Source: Candidatus Heimdallarchaeota archaeon (GTDB lineage Archaea; Asgardarchaeota; Heimdallarchaeia; Heimdallarchaeales; Heimdallarchaeaceae). Taken from it: a stretch of DNA of 24,243 nt. This document shows positions 8,943 through 17,539 of this stretch, piece after piece (position 1 is the first letter of the stretch; each line of letters begins with the position of its first letter). The notes under the pieces were generated by a model. It did no database searches. It was not told the origin of the DNA and was given only the letters and a program-made list of their open reading frames with translations. The stretch spans positions 1-24,243 of the forward strand of contig DXJF01000092.1 in NCBI GenBank assembly GCA_019057375.1. The letters are read 5' to 3'. The position numbers and the translations under genes are program-made.

Positions 8943-9314
8943 ATGTCGATGAGAAAGGAAATACTTGAGGTTTCAGAGATTTTCAAAGCTTTATCTGATC
9001 CTACAAGACTAAGATTGATAAGATTACTTGCATCCAATATGGAAGAAAAACTATGTGTTGTTGATCTAGCAGCAAAACTTGGTGTGTCACAACCAGCTAC
9101 ATCACAACACTTGAAAATTCTAAAAAATGTTAATATCCTCTATTCAAAGAAAGAAAGACCAAAGATATACTATTTCTTGAATCTTGTTGAGTTTAGAAGA
9201 CAGAAGAAACTCGTTGACAAACTGTATGATTTTGCATTCACTAGATGTTCTCAAGGAGGACAGTGTGAAGAATGTCCATTTAGAGATGACTGTGAGGACG
9301 TTAGCATTAAATAA
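8943..9314 (+). CDS. arsR: ArsR/SmtB-family transcriptional regulator with a Cys-rich C-terminal tail
   Basis: Motif FKALSDPTRLRLIRLL...LCVVDLAAKLGVSQPATSQHLKILK...IYYFL. The tail reads CSQGGQCEECPFRDDC. Confidence 0.92.
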   Translation: MSMRKEILEVSEIFKALSDPTRLRLIRLLASNMEEKLCVVDLAAKLGVSQPATSQHLKILKNVNILYSKKERPKIYYFLNLVEFRRQKKLVDKLYDFAFTRCSQGGQCEECPFRDDCEDVSIK

Positions 9315-9377
9315 AACGATTTATCGCTGATTTTTAAAAACAAGACTATATGAGGGAAGGAGATTAAGAAACACTTA

Positions 9378-9395
9378 TATAAGTAAATGCTTATA
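9378..9395. promoter_or_regulatory. Operator candidate TATAAGT-AAAT-GCTTATA overlapping a TATA box upstream of the membrane-protein gene
   Basis: One arm mismatch relative to the 8919-8936 site. Both sites are followed by CACTTA. It overlaps TTATATAA at 9375-9382. Confidence 0.7.
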
Positions 9396-9415
9396 CACTT
9401 ATAATCAATATATAT

Positions 9416-10171
9416 TTGAGAAAGTGGATAAACATGAAAAATGCTTTAGAGATGAAAAAGAAAACAGAGATGAAGTATAATAAGAAAAGTTTGATTACAT
9501 GGATTTTTTTGGGAATGATTTTCATTTTAATAGTAATTATGACTTTTATGAGAACTCCTGAACATATAATAAACACGCTGACATTAATCAGTAGCCAATT
9601 GAAATACTATTTCCTTGCGATGCACATTGTAATGATTCTTCTTTTAGGAACAGGAATTGTATGGAAAAGATTTAGAAACCAAATTTTCTTTGTAATGCTA
9701 TTTCTTCTTTCGTTGTCTAGCACAGTTGTTTCAAGTATTTATGTAGTTATACCAAATATCATCTTCTTTTGTGTAATCACTGTCCTGGTCCTTCTTTCGT
9801 TTGGATCTAAGAAACTGAAGTTTGATCTAGAAAACGCTAAGATTCTTGATTGGATATTTTCTAGTATCGGATTACTTTTTGGTTTTTGGTACTTACATTG
9901 GGTAGAACCGCCAATAGTTTTGAATGCTTTACTCTATTCACCTTTAGGTGGAGTGAATTGTCCAACATTGGTTATGATGTCAGCTTTGTTAATCCTCTCA
10001 AAAAAACCAAAACCAATCAGGTTAACAGTTTTTGTTGGAGCTTTAACAATCTACTTTGGTTTCTTTGGAATGATAATGCTTGGTGCGTACGTAGATATTG
10101 CATTAATCCTGTGTGGGTTATATCTAATTGGAGACACTTTGGTTAATAGTATAAAGAACAAAAGAAAGTGA
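9416..10171 (+). CDS. Integral membrane protein (about 7-8 TM), possibly DUF6064-like
   Basis: Successive hydrophobic helices. YSPLGGVNCPTL resembles the G..PCPT motif I recall for DUF6064. The real start is probably ATG 9434 or 9452 rather than TTG 9416. Confidence 0.7.
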   Translation: MRKWINMKNALEMKKKTEMKYNKKSLITWIFLGMIFILIVIMTFMRTPEHIINTLTLISSQLKYYFLAMHIVMILLLGTGIVWKRFRNQIFFVMLFLLSLSSTVVSSIYVVIPNIIFFCVITVLVLLSFGSKKLKFDLENAKILDWIFSSIGLLFGFWYLHWVEPPIVLNALLYSPLGGVNCPTLVMMSALLILSKKPKPIRLTVFVGALTIYFGFFGMIMLGAYVDIALILCGLYLIGDTLVNSIKNKRK

Positions 10172-10190
10172 CAGGACATTAAAACTCCAA

Positions 10191-10212
10191 TCACTTTTTT
10201 AAAAAAAAGTGA
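10191..10212. terminator. Perfect inverted repeat TCACTTTTTT-AA-AAAAAAGTGA (terminator or operator candidate)
   Basis: 10-bp arms with a 2-nt spacer, 20 bp after the 10171 stop and about 70 bp before the 10282 start. Confidence 0.45.
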
Positions 10213-10281
10213 AATAGTTTTTTAATAGTATCAGTATATTATCAAATAGGATATTGAAACTCCTCAAAAGGGTGAAAAGCT

Positions 10282-11394
10282 ATGACGAATCTATTAGACG
10301 ATATTGATGAAATCTTGTTAATGGGACCAGGCCCCTCTTGTGTTCATCCTGACGTATATAAAGCACTCAATCGTTTCACTTTGGGCCACCTCGATCCCCA
10401 TTTTATTAAAATAATGGATCAGATTCAGGTATTGCTACAAAAATTGTTGAATACCAAAAATAAATTGACAATCCCAGTTTCAGGTACAGGATCTGCAGGG
10501 ATGGAAACTTGTTTTGTTAATTTGATTGAGCCAGAAGATAAGGTCTTAATCTTGATAAATGGAGTTTTTGGAAAACGAATGCGCGAAGTAGCAGAGCGTT
10601 TAGGCGCAGAAGTCGATGTCATGGAATTTGAATGGGGGACACCAATTGATCCTGAACAAGTAAAAGAAAAATTATCAGGTAATGCCTATAATCTCATTGC
10701 TATGGTCCATGCAGAAACGTCTACAGGAGTAAGAAATCCAATCGAGGAGATATCACATATAATTAAAAATACTGAAAGTTTATTCTTGGTAGACGCAGTT
10801 ACAAGTCTAGGAGGGATTGAAGTTAAAGCCGATGATTGGGGGATTGATGCCTTGTACAGTGGGTCTCAAAAATGTTTATCAATACCCCCTGGACTAGCAC
10901 CTGTTAGTTTTTCAGAAAGAGCTTTATCAAAGATTAAAAATAGGAAAACCCGAGTTCCAAACTGGTATTTGGACATGAGTTTGGTTGGTGAATATTGGCA
11001 AAAAGATCACAAGAGAGCATATCATCATACTGCACCCATCAATATGCTGTATGCACTCTATCAAGCACTCTTACTATTCTTTGAAGAAGGAGCTGAACAT
11101 GTATTTCAACGCCATGCAGAATGTCACAATAAATTGAAAGCAGGTCTGGATGAATTGGGTCTGAAAATGTATGTTGAAGATAAGTTTCGTCTACCAATGC
11201 TAAATGCAGTCTCAATTCCTGAAGGTATTGATGAAGCAGAAGTTAGAAAGAAACTGCGGTTTGAGCATAACATCGAAATTGGTGGTGGTTTAGGTCCATT
11301 AGCAGGTAAGATATGGCGAATTGGAGTAATGGGACATACTGCCCAACCAGAAAATGTTGAAAGATTCCTTACTGCTTTGAAGAGTGTTTTGTAG
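10282..11394 (+). CDS. Class V PLP-dependent aminotransferase (alanine-glyoxylate / serine-pyruvate aminotransferase family)
   Basis: Motifs LLMGPGPS, SGTGSAGME, VHAETSTGVRNP, VDAVTSLGG, SGSQKCLSIPPGL (PLP-binding Lys), YHHTAPIN and IWRIGVMG. Confidence 0.95.
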   Translation: MTNLLDDIDEILLMGPGPSCVHPDVYKALNRFTLGHLDPHFIKIMDQIQVLLQKLLNTKNKLTIPVSGTGSAGMETCFVNLIEPEDKVLILINGVFGKRMREVAERLGAEVDVMEFEWGTPIDPEQVKEKLSGNAYNLIAMVHAETSTGVRNPIEEISHIIKNTESLFLVDAVTSLGGIEVKADDWGIDALYSGSQKCLSIPPGLAPVSFSERALSKIKNRKTRVPNWYLDMSLVGEYWQKDHKRAYHHTAPINMLYALYQALLLFFEEGAEHVFQRHAECHNKLKAGLDELGLKMYVEDKFRLPMLNAVSIPEGIDEAEVRKKLRFEHNIEIGGGLGPLAGKIWRIGVMGHTAQPENVERFLTALKSVL

Positions 11395-11732
11395 GTCAAG
11401 AAAATAACCATTTGAAGAAGTTTATTCTAGACATTCAGAATCATGAAATTTCAGAAGATTCATACCCACACAGGTCTCAGAAATAGTCCATAGTTTTTCT
11501 TGATCAGCAACATTATATGATATAGAACTTGATTCAGTTTCAGTGCAGAAAAGAAAAAGCAACTGAAAAGTGATTTCACTCTGTAAGCGAGCTTGAGAGA
11601 TTAAATTATCTTTTCCTTAAAATTAATGGAATCTTACATAAAAGATATTATCCCTTAGGGTGCGGATGTGTTGCACAAACATAGTTTTTCATATTAATAC
11701 ATCATTCTGCTTTGATAGGCAAAACACTTATA

Positions 11733-11773
11733 TGTAACAGTTTTATTACATAAGGTGTAACGAATCAGTTACA
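11733..11773. promoter_or_regulatory. Two tandem palindromes TGTAA-N8-TTACA
   Basis: Site 1 at 11733-11750 and site 2 at 11756-11773, 23 bp apart, lying between a TATA-like element (TTATAT at 11728-11733) and the ATG at 11789. Confidence 0.65.
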
Positions 11774-11788
11774 AACACAGGTGAATAA

Positions 11789-12295
11789 ATGAAAAAAAAC
11801 AAATACACAATTATCCTTGCGTCTGCCTTAATTTTCGGATGTATCCTCACACCAATGCTTACTCAAGCGAAATCAACAAAACTAGTTTTTAATGGGAGCG
11901 AATGGACTGATCCCAGCTTAGTACCACCCCCGGCCACAATAATTTTCGTTGAAGATAATGTATTACACGTCAAAGATTTCTGGTCTATGCATCTATTTGG
12001 AGGAACTTTCGGAGACGAAGAGATATCTGGTTGGACACAATCGCTCTTCCATATTAAACACGACTTAATCACTAATGAAATTGTAGGCAATGGTCAGACT
12101 TGGTTCTATATAACTTGGGGCGACCTTACAGGATATTTCACTGGAACAATTATTGTCAAAGTTGTAAATGGACTGTTAAATGGTAAATTTACAATCCATG
12201 GCTTTGAAGATTTTGAGGGAATGAAAATCTTTGGAGTTCTTTGGGGGAATATTGAAACAAATTATTTTGCAGGTACTCTACTAATCCCTAACTAA
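11789..12295 (+). CDS. Hypothetical secreted beta-rich protein (168 aa)
   Basis: Signal peptide MKKNKYTIILASALIFGCILTPMLTQA followed by a Gly- and aromatic-rich all-beta pattern. No family recognised. Confidence 0.8.
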   Translation: MKKNKYTIILASALIFGCILTPMLTQAKSTKLVFNGSEWTDPSLVPPPATIIFVEDNVLHVKDFWSMHLFGGTFGDEEISGWTQSLFHIKHDLITNEIVGNGQTWFYITWGDLTGYFTGTIIVKVVNGLLNGKFTIHGFEDFEGMKIFGVLWGNIETNYFAGTLLIPN

Positions 12296-12461
12296 TATCC
12301 AAGATAGTTTGAAACAACTTTAAAATGAGATTTTTCATACTCTCTTATTTTTTATGAAGGAGAATGTTGCTAGATTTTGGAAAAAAAAATTGAGATCATT
12401 TTGATTAACGTAAACTAATTTAATTAGTTAATATTTATTAATGCTTCAATTAGACAAATTC

Positions 12462-13508
12462 ATGACTTACAGTTTAATCAATATCGTTCCTGGTGAAACA
12501 GAGGAGAGTCTTATAGAATCTGTACTAGATTATCTAGAAATTATTGGAAAAATTGAATACCCTAAGGATCCTAAAACTCCTCGAGAAGCTTTATTGAAAG
12601 ATTTGTTCAAAGAAAGGAAGGAACGAATAAAGTATCAGAAGGTTGCATTTGATGAAATTGAAAACAAGGTCATTGCTTTAGCTTACATTCTGATAAAGAC
12701 AGAAGTTAACCCAGAGTTTGATAAAGGTAAACAGATTGCAAATTTTGATTTGACTGTACTGAAAGAATATGCTCATCTAGAAATTATAGAAGAATTGTTT
12801 ATTACTATCGTACAAGAAACAAAAAATTTTGATTACGTCACAACTGTTAAAGGTTGCAATATCTGGGAAGAAGAGTGGAATTTATGGCTAAAACATGAAG
12901 CTGATCACTTTGATACAGTTGAAGTTAACAGGTTGTATTTTGATGAGGTAAATTGGGAATTAATGGATCAGTGGAGAGAAGAAGGCAAAAGGAAGGCTAA
13001 GTTTGAAAATATTTCTTTGCTTCGATTTGAGGAATGCCCAGAAGAAATTCTTGAGAACTATTCAAAATTGTATACAGAAGGTAGTAATTTAATACCTTAT
13101 GAGGATGAGGATAAGAATGAGGAGAAGTATCTAGAAACACCAAGTTCCAGAAGAACTAGAGAAGAAATCAGGAGGAATTTAGGAGAAGTATGGCTAACTT
13201 TAGTATCCAAAGAAGAAAATGGTAAACTAAGTGGGTTTACAGAGATAACTTATTCACCTGAAAAAGCACATATTGCAGTTCAACAACTAACAGGAGTAAC
13301 ACCTCAATATCGGGGAAGAGGTTTAGGAAAATGGTTGAAAGCAGAGATGTTATTTTTGGTAAAAGAGATGATGCCTAAGGTAATAGTAATTCATACAGGT
13401 AATTCAAAAGCCAATGCACCAATGTTAGCAATAAATGAGAGAATGGGGTTTAGGTCAGTTTTAACAGTGAAATGCTTTTCAATGAATGTAAAGGAATATC
13501 TGTTTTAA
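12462..13508 (+). CDS. Tandem-domain GNAT-family N-acetyltransferase
   Basis: C-terminal acetyl-CoA motifs QQLTGVTPQYRGRGLGKWLKAEM and TGNSKANAPMLAINERMGF. I place the start at ATG 12462 rather than 12441 because MTYSLINIVP aligns from Met1 with the downstream paralogue stub. Confidence 0.88.
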   Translation: MTYSLINIVPGETEESLIESVLDYLEIIGKIEYPKDPKTPREALLKDLFKERKERIKYQKVAFDEIENKVIALAYILIKTEVNPEFDKGKQIANFDLTVLKEYAHLEIIEELFITIVQETKNFDYVTTVKGCNIWEEEWNLWLKHEADHFDTVEVNRLYFDEVNWELMDQWREEGKRKAKFENISLLRFEECPEEILENYSKLYTEGSNLIPYEDEDKNEEKYLETPSSRRTREEIRRNLGEVWLTLVSKEENGKLSGFTEITYSPEKAHIAVQQLTGVTPQYRGRGLGKWLKAEMLFLVKEMMPKVIVIHTGNSKANAPMLAINERMGFRSVLTVKCFSMNVKEYLF

Positions 13509-13561
13509 CCACAATCTTTGAACTGAATATTTATCAATGGATTTAATTGTACATAGTTATT

Positions 13562-13723
13562 ATGTCTTTCAAGATAATCGATATTGATCCTCATAAATCA
13601 CCTACTGAACATCTGAACAAGTATATTGATTATCTGAAGAAACTTAATTTTGAGCAAGCACCAAAATCAGCGCTGTACGATATAGATAGATTTCTTGCAC
13701 TCATGGTGAACAAAGGTCTCTGA
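13562..13723 (+). pseudogene. Truncated N-terminal fragment of a second GNAT paralogue (53 aa)
   Basis: MSFKIIDIDPHKSPTEHLNKYIDYLKKLNFEQAPK aligns without gaps to MTYSLINIVPGETEESLIESVLDYLEIIGKIEYPK of the upstream gene, with M, I, I, P, DYL and PK in register. It stops at TGA 13721-13723. Confidence 0.55.
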
Positions 13724-13906
13724 CAGTCTGAAAACAAACTATCTTCCAAGAAGGGTATCATTTCTATTTTTTTATAATTAATTTCCCTTACAAGAAGGAT
13801 GACAAAACTAATAGTTGGGAGCATACGAAAAGGAAGGTCTTTCCAATAAGGTACCCATCAATTACAGAAAAATATTTAATCAAAGTTTGAGATATTATTA
13901 TGGAAA

Positions 13907-14896
13907 ATGAAATTAGATAAGAAAAGAGTAAAGAAACTAGTATATGTTCTTCTTATCATATTACTAATTCTAGTACCTGTAATCTTGATTGATAGAGTAT
14001 TTCCAATATTTTTTGTTACTAGATTGAGAAATACTATTGAAATCACAAGTGATGAGGATTTTGTAAAATATGATTTTCCAGGAAATGGTTCCAAGGAGAA
14101 TCCTATAGTTATTGCTGATTTGGAAATTGGAACTAGAAATAGACGTATTCGTGAGGCATATCAGTTAATTGAAATTTCAAATACAAGCTATCATGTAGTT
14201 ATCGAAAACTGCAGCCTCATAGGAGGTGCAACTGCAATATCAGTAGGGAGTTTAAGAGGAGGATCAATAAAAATTAGAAATAATTCGTTCTTTGGTGTAG
14301 ATCATTATATAGGATTAGACGGATTTTGTACTACACTCTTTTTCGAGATATGGATTGCTAGTAATATCAATGTTGCAAATAATACTTTTGAAGGGAAGTC
14401 TTGGGGTATGATTTTTGCAGAAGTGTATAACTCATCTTTTTCAGATAATACTGTATCAACTGAACATAGAAACATAGGTTTAGAAATCCATAAATGTAGA
14501 AATCTAACTATAGAAGAGAATCTGTTAGAAGGTATTGGGATTACTGATTCAGACTATTTGAATATCACCAACAACGTGATATCTGGCAATCGACCTGGTT
14601 TGTTGATTGGCAAAGGAAATTATATATTTGTAACTGAAAATACCTTCTTGAATTGCACAAATCATGCAATTAAGCTTTATTATGATGCGATGTTTATAGA
14701 AATTTTCCACAATTCATTTTTAGATAATAACATAGGTAGCATATCTCAAGCATCAGATTCTGGGGTTAATAACACATGGTATAGTGTGTTGCTTTTAGAA
14801 GGTAATTATTGGTCAAACCTAGGATTGAATAGTACTTATGAAATCGCGGGAGATGCTGGTTCTGTTGACTTATATCCTCTTTCTTCTCCACAGTAA
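13907..14896 (+). CDS. Right-handed parallel beta-helix (NosD/PbH1-type) membrane-anchored protein, copy 1
   Basis: N-terminal TM, GNGSKENPIVI, repeated I..N.F/I patterns, and the C-terminus GNYWSN...AGSVDLYPLSSP. Confidence 0.9.
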   Translation: MKLDKKRVKKLVYVLLIILLILVPVILIDRVFPIFFVTRLRNTIEITSDEDFVKYDFPGNGSKENPIVIADLEIGTRNRRIREAYQLIEISNTSYHVVIENCSLIGGATAISVGSLRGGSIKIRNNSFFGVDHYIGLDGFCTTLFFEIWIASNINVANNTFEGKSWGMIFAEVYNSSFSDNTVSTEHRNIGLEIHKCRNLTIEENLLEGIGITDSDYLNITNNVISGNRPGLLIGKGNYIFVTENTFLNCTNHAIKLYYDAMFIEIFHNSFLDNNIGSISQASDSGVNNTWYSVLLLEGNYWSNLGLNSTYEIAGDAGSVDLYPLSSPQ

Positions 14897-14916
14897 ATGA
14901 TGTTTTGAAACTAATT

Positions 14917-15393
14917 CTATTCCCACTTTATACTTTTCATCCCAAGACTTCGCAAAGTCTTTGAAAGTTCTCCTAAATGAACCATAGTATGTCTAATGAC
15001 ATAAGAGAGTTTATGTAATCTTGAAGTAAAACCTCTTTTTGAAAATCCATCTTTCTCCATCAAATCTTTATCATTTAATTTACCAGGAACTTCAAATGTT
15101 TTTGACTCAACTTTTAGAAGGTAATTCTCAAAAAAATGTCTATTTTTATTTTTCAAAGTTTCTGTTTCTTTTTCCTCAGAATTAGCAGAAACTTCACTTA
15201 AGGGTACCCATTCCTCTGGTGAATCAGACATATAGTACTCTATTGCCTCTATTGCATGAAAAAGTACATACCCATACATCCAGTTATTTTCTTTCTCTTT
15301 CCAGAAATCTCCTTCAATTCTAGAAGTAGCATCTTTAAGTATTTTAAATACTGCTTTCATCTCTATATTGATTGCTTCAGTAATAGATGTCAT
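14917..15393 (-). CDS. DinB/YfiT-superfamily protein, copy 1
   Basis: A 158-aa helical protein with the His triad pattern LFHAIE ... IRHTMVHLGEL. Confidence 0.85.
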   Translation of the reverse strand: MTSITEAINIEMKAVFKILKDATSRIEGDFWKEKENNWMYGYVLFHAIEAIEYYMSDSPEEWVPLSEVSANSEEKETETLKNKNRHFFENYLLKVESKTFEVPGKLNDKDLMEKDGFSKRGFTSRLHKLSYVIRHTMVHLGELSKTLRSLGMKSIKWE

Positions 15394-15413
15394 AAGAATT
15401 TACTCGAGCAAAA

Positions 15414-15421
15414 TTCATAAA
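15414..15421 (-). promoter_or_regulatory. TATA-box candidate TTTATGAA for a leaderless DinB transcript
   Basis: It lies 21-28 nt upstream of the ATG and is conserved at the same distance in copy 2 (17560-17567) and the stub (18316-18323). Confidence 0.5.
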
Positions 15422-15529
15422 TTTTGTGGGATTATAAGTAAGTTTCAACAATTCTTTGTAGCAAAAACTGTTATTAATATCTCTGATACTAAGTATTAGG
15501 ATTGCTATTCAGTCATCTAAATTAATATA

Positions 15530-16672
15530 TTGAAATGGGGTGAATATTTGAAGAAAATAAACTCAAATGTTTTGATTTTGCTAGTAACTGCTGGTTTAAT
15601 TACTGGTGGAATATTACTTAAACCCCTTCATAGACCTGTAGGGTTAACATTGCTAATAAATTCAGATGATGATTTCCGCAGATTAAATTGTCGTGGTTCT
15701 GGGACACTAGAAGACCCATATATAATAAAAAATCTTGTTTTTGGAGTAAATGAAACTTTTGTTAAAAGATGGTACTATGGTTTAGAAGTCATTAATACAA
15801 ATAGCTTTTTTGTTGTAAGAGACTGTATTTTCTTTGGTGGTTTACATGCAATTCGAATAGCTAATGTTGCTGAAGGAACTGTAAACATCTCACAAAACAG
15901 ATTTTATGCTTTAATACAGGCAGAAGCTGATAATGTCCTAGGAGGATCTGGAATTGAAATTGACAACTCAGATGGTGTAGTAATAGCAGATAATTTGTTT
16001 TCTAAAGCAAAAAAATTTGAAGAGGGATATTTGTACATAACTGAATCAGAAAATACTGTTTTAGAAAATAATGTGTTCGAGGATTATGAAACAATCATTA
16101 AAGATTCTTTAAATGCAAGTTTGATAAAAAACTTTACAAATGCTGATTCTTTCTGCGAAATAATACGATCTTCGAATATATCAATTACAGAAAATGGATT
16201 ATATAATTCTGGCAATAGCATTAATGTTTGGTATTCTACAAACATTCTCATAGAAAGTAATATAATCAAATCAACCACGTCGAGTCCTGGTATAATAATG
16301 ATGAATTGTACTCTTATTTCGATTAGTAGAAATAATATCACAAAATCGAGTGGTTGGACATCAACAGGACTAGCTCTAGTTAATAGTCAATTTTCAAATA
16401 TTTCTAACAATAAAATTACGAATTTTGCAGACTATGCAATTGCTATTTATGAAAACTCCTTTAACAACACCATATTTGGCAACCTGTTCTATGATAACAA
16501 AGAAGATGAAGAAGACTCTCAAGGGTATGACGAAGGTTACTGGAACACTTGGTTCAATCCAGTACTTCTTACAGGCAACTTTTGGAATGATCTTGGATCA
16601 AATTCAACCTATATAATTGCTGGTCCCGCGGGGTCAGTTGACCTATATCCTCTCTCATCTCCTTTGACCTAA
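15530..16672 (+). CDS. Right-handed parallel beta-helix (NosD/PbH1-type) membrane-anchored protein, copy 2
   Basis: N-terminal TM, GSGTLEDPYIIKNL, I..N.I repeats, and the C-terminus GNFWND...AGSVDLYPLSSP. Confidence 0.9.
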   Translation: MKWGEYLKKINSNVLILLVTAGLITGGILLKPLHRPVGLTLLINSDDDFRRLNCRGSGTLEDPYIIKNLVFGVNETFVKRWYYGLEVINTNSFFVVRDCIFFGGLHAIRIANVAEGTVNISQNRFYALIQAEADNVLGGSGIEIDNSDGVVIADNLFSKAKKFEEGYLYITESENTVLENNVFEDYETIIKDSLNASLIKNFTNADSFCEIIRSSNISITENGLYNSGNSINVWYSTNILIESNIIKSTTSSPGIIMMNCTLISISRNNITKSSGWTSTGLALVNSQFSNISNNKITNFADYAIAIYENSFNNTIFGNLFYDNKEDEEDSQGYDEGYWNTWFNPVLLTGNFWNDLGSNSTYIIAGPAGSVDLYPLSSPLT

Positions 16673-16735
16673 TTTTACTGTTATTTCGATATATTTTATA
16701 ACTCCATCTTTAACAAAGAGTATCAAAAATGTAGC
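16631..16735 (+). repeat. Repeat X: beta-helix gene tail plus downstream intergenic DNA, duplicated at about 19799-19901
   Basis: The 30-bp stretch tactgttatttcgatatattttataactcc is identical at 16676-16705 and 19842-19871, and the flanks align. Confidence 0.9.
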
Positions 16736-16823
16736 ATATTCTAATAAGATATATACCCTGATTTCTTGATTTTTATCAAAAATAGCTATAATAGTATCTG
16801 TTGATGGTGTAATAGTTGACTAA

Positions 16824-17054
16824 TTGACTAGAGTGAGAAAATTGAAAAAAGTATGTGTTATGATTATTACTTTAATCTGTATCTTCGGATTAATAGGAGT
16901 AGGTTTATACTTTCTCAAATCAATTATGCCCATTTCTGGTGTACCTGTAACAAATACTATAGAGATTTCTTCTGATGAAGATTTCATTTTACATGAATTT
17001 CCAGGTTCAGTCGATTTGTATCCTCTTTCTTCTCCAAAGTATATGACGTTTTGA
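16824..17054 (+). pseudogene. Internally deleted beta-helix paralogue, copy 3 (76 aa, reading frame intact)
   Basis: TM plus NTIEISSDEDFILHEFPG (compare NTIEITSDEDFVKYDFPG in copy 1) is fused directly to SVDLYPLSSP. The equivalent of residues about 59-317 of copy 1 is missing. Confidence 0.85.
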
Positions 17055-17062
17055 AACTAATT

Positions 17063-17539
17063 CTATTCCCACTTTATACCTTTCATACCAAGACTTCGTA
17101 AAGTCTTCGAAAGTTCTCCTACATGAACCATTGCATGCCTTATTACATATGAGTATTTATGTAATCTAGATGTAAATCCTCTGGGGGAAAATCCATCGGT
17201 TTCCAATAAATCTTTATCATTGAATTTTTCTAGAACTTCAAAAGTCCTTGTTTCAACTTTAGCTAGATAATTTTTGAAAAACTTTTGATCTTGAGTTTTC
17301 AACGTTTCTGTTTCCTTTTCTTCAGAATTTTCAGAAACACCACTTAAGGGAATCCAATCCTTTGCTGAATCAGACATATAGAACTCAATTGCTTCAATGG
17401 CATGAAATAATACATATCCATACATCCAATTGTTGTCTTTCTCTTTCCAGAAATCTCCTTCAATCCTAGAAGTAGCATCTTCAAGCATTTTAAACACTGC
17501 TTTCATCTCTATATTGATTGCTTCAGTTATAGATGTCAT
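17063..17539 (-). CDS. DinB/YfiT-superfamily protein, copy 2
   Basis: Same length as copy 1, with 129 of 158 residues identical by manual count (about 82%). The His triad is retained. Confidence 0.85.
   Translation of the reverse strand: MTSITEAINIEMKAVFKMLEDATSRIEGDFWKEKDNNWMYGYVLFHAIEAIEFYMSDSAKDWIPLSGVSENSEEKETETLKTQDQKFFKNYLAKVETRTFEVLEKFNDKDLLETDGFSPRGFTSRLHKYSYVIRHAMVHVGELSKTLRSLGMKGIKWE

Noticed and set aside
11395-11700. Possible gene remnant or ncRNA in the gap after the aminotransferase
   Set aside because: It has only short open frames with no recognisable motif and no convincing stem-loop or tRNA-like structure.
13630-13824. 64-aa minus-strand ORF
   Set aside because: It overlaps the plus-strand GNAT stub, which has alignment support, while this ORF has none.
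14917-17539. Duplication as an assembly artefact
   Set aside because: The DinB copies differ at 29 of 158 residues with many synonymous changes, which is too divergent for duplicated reads.
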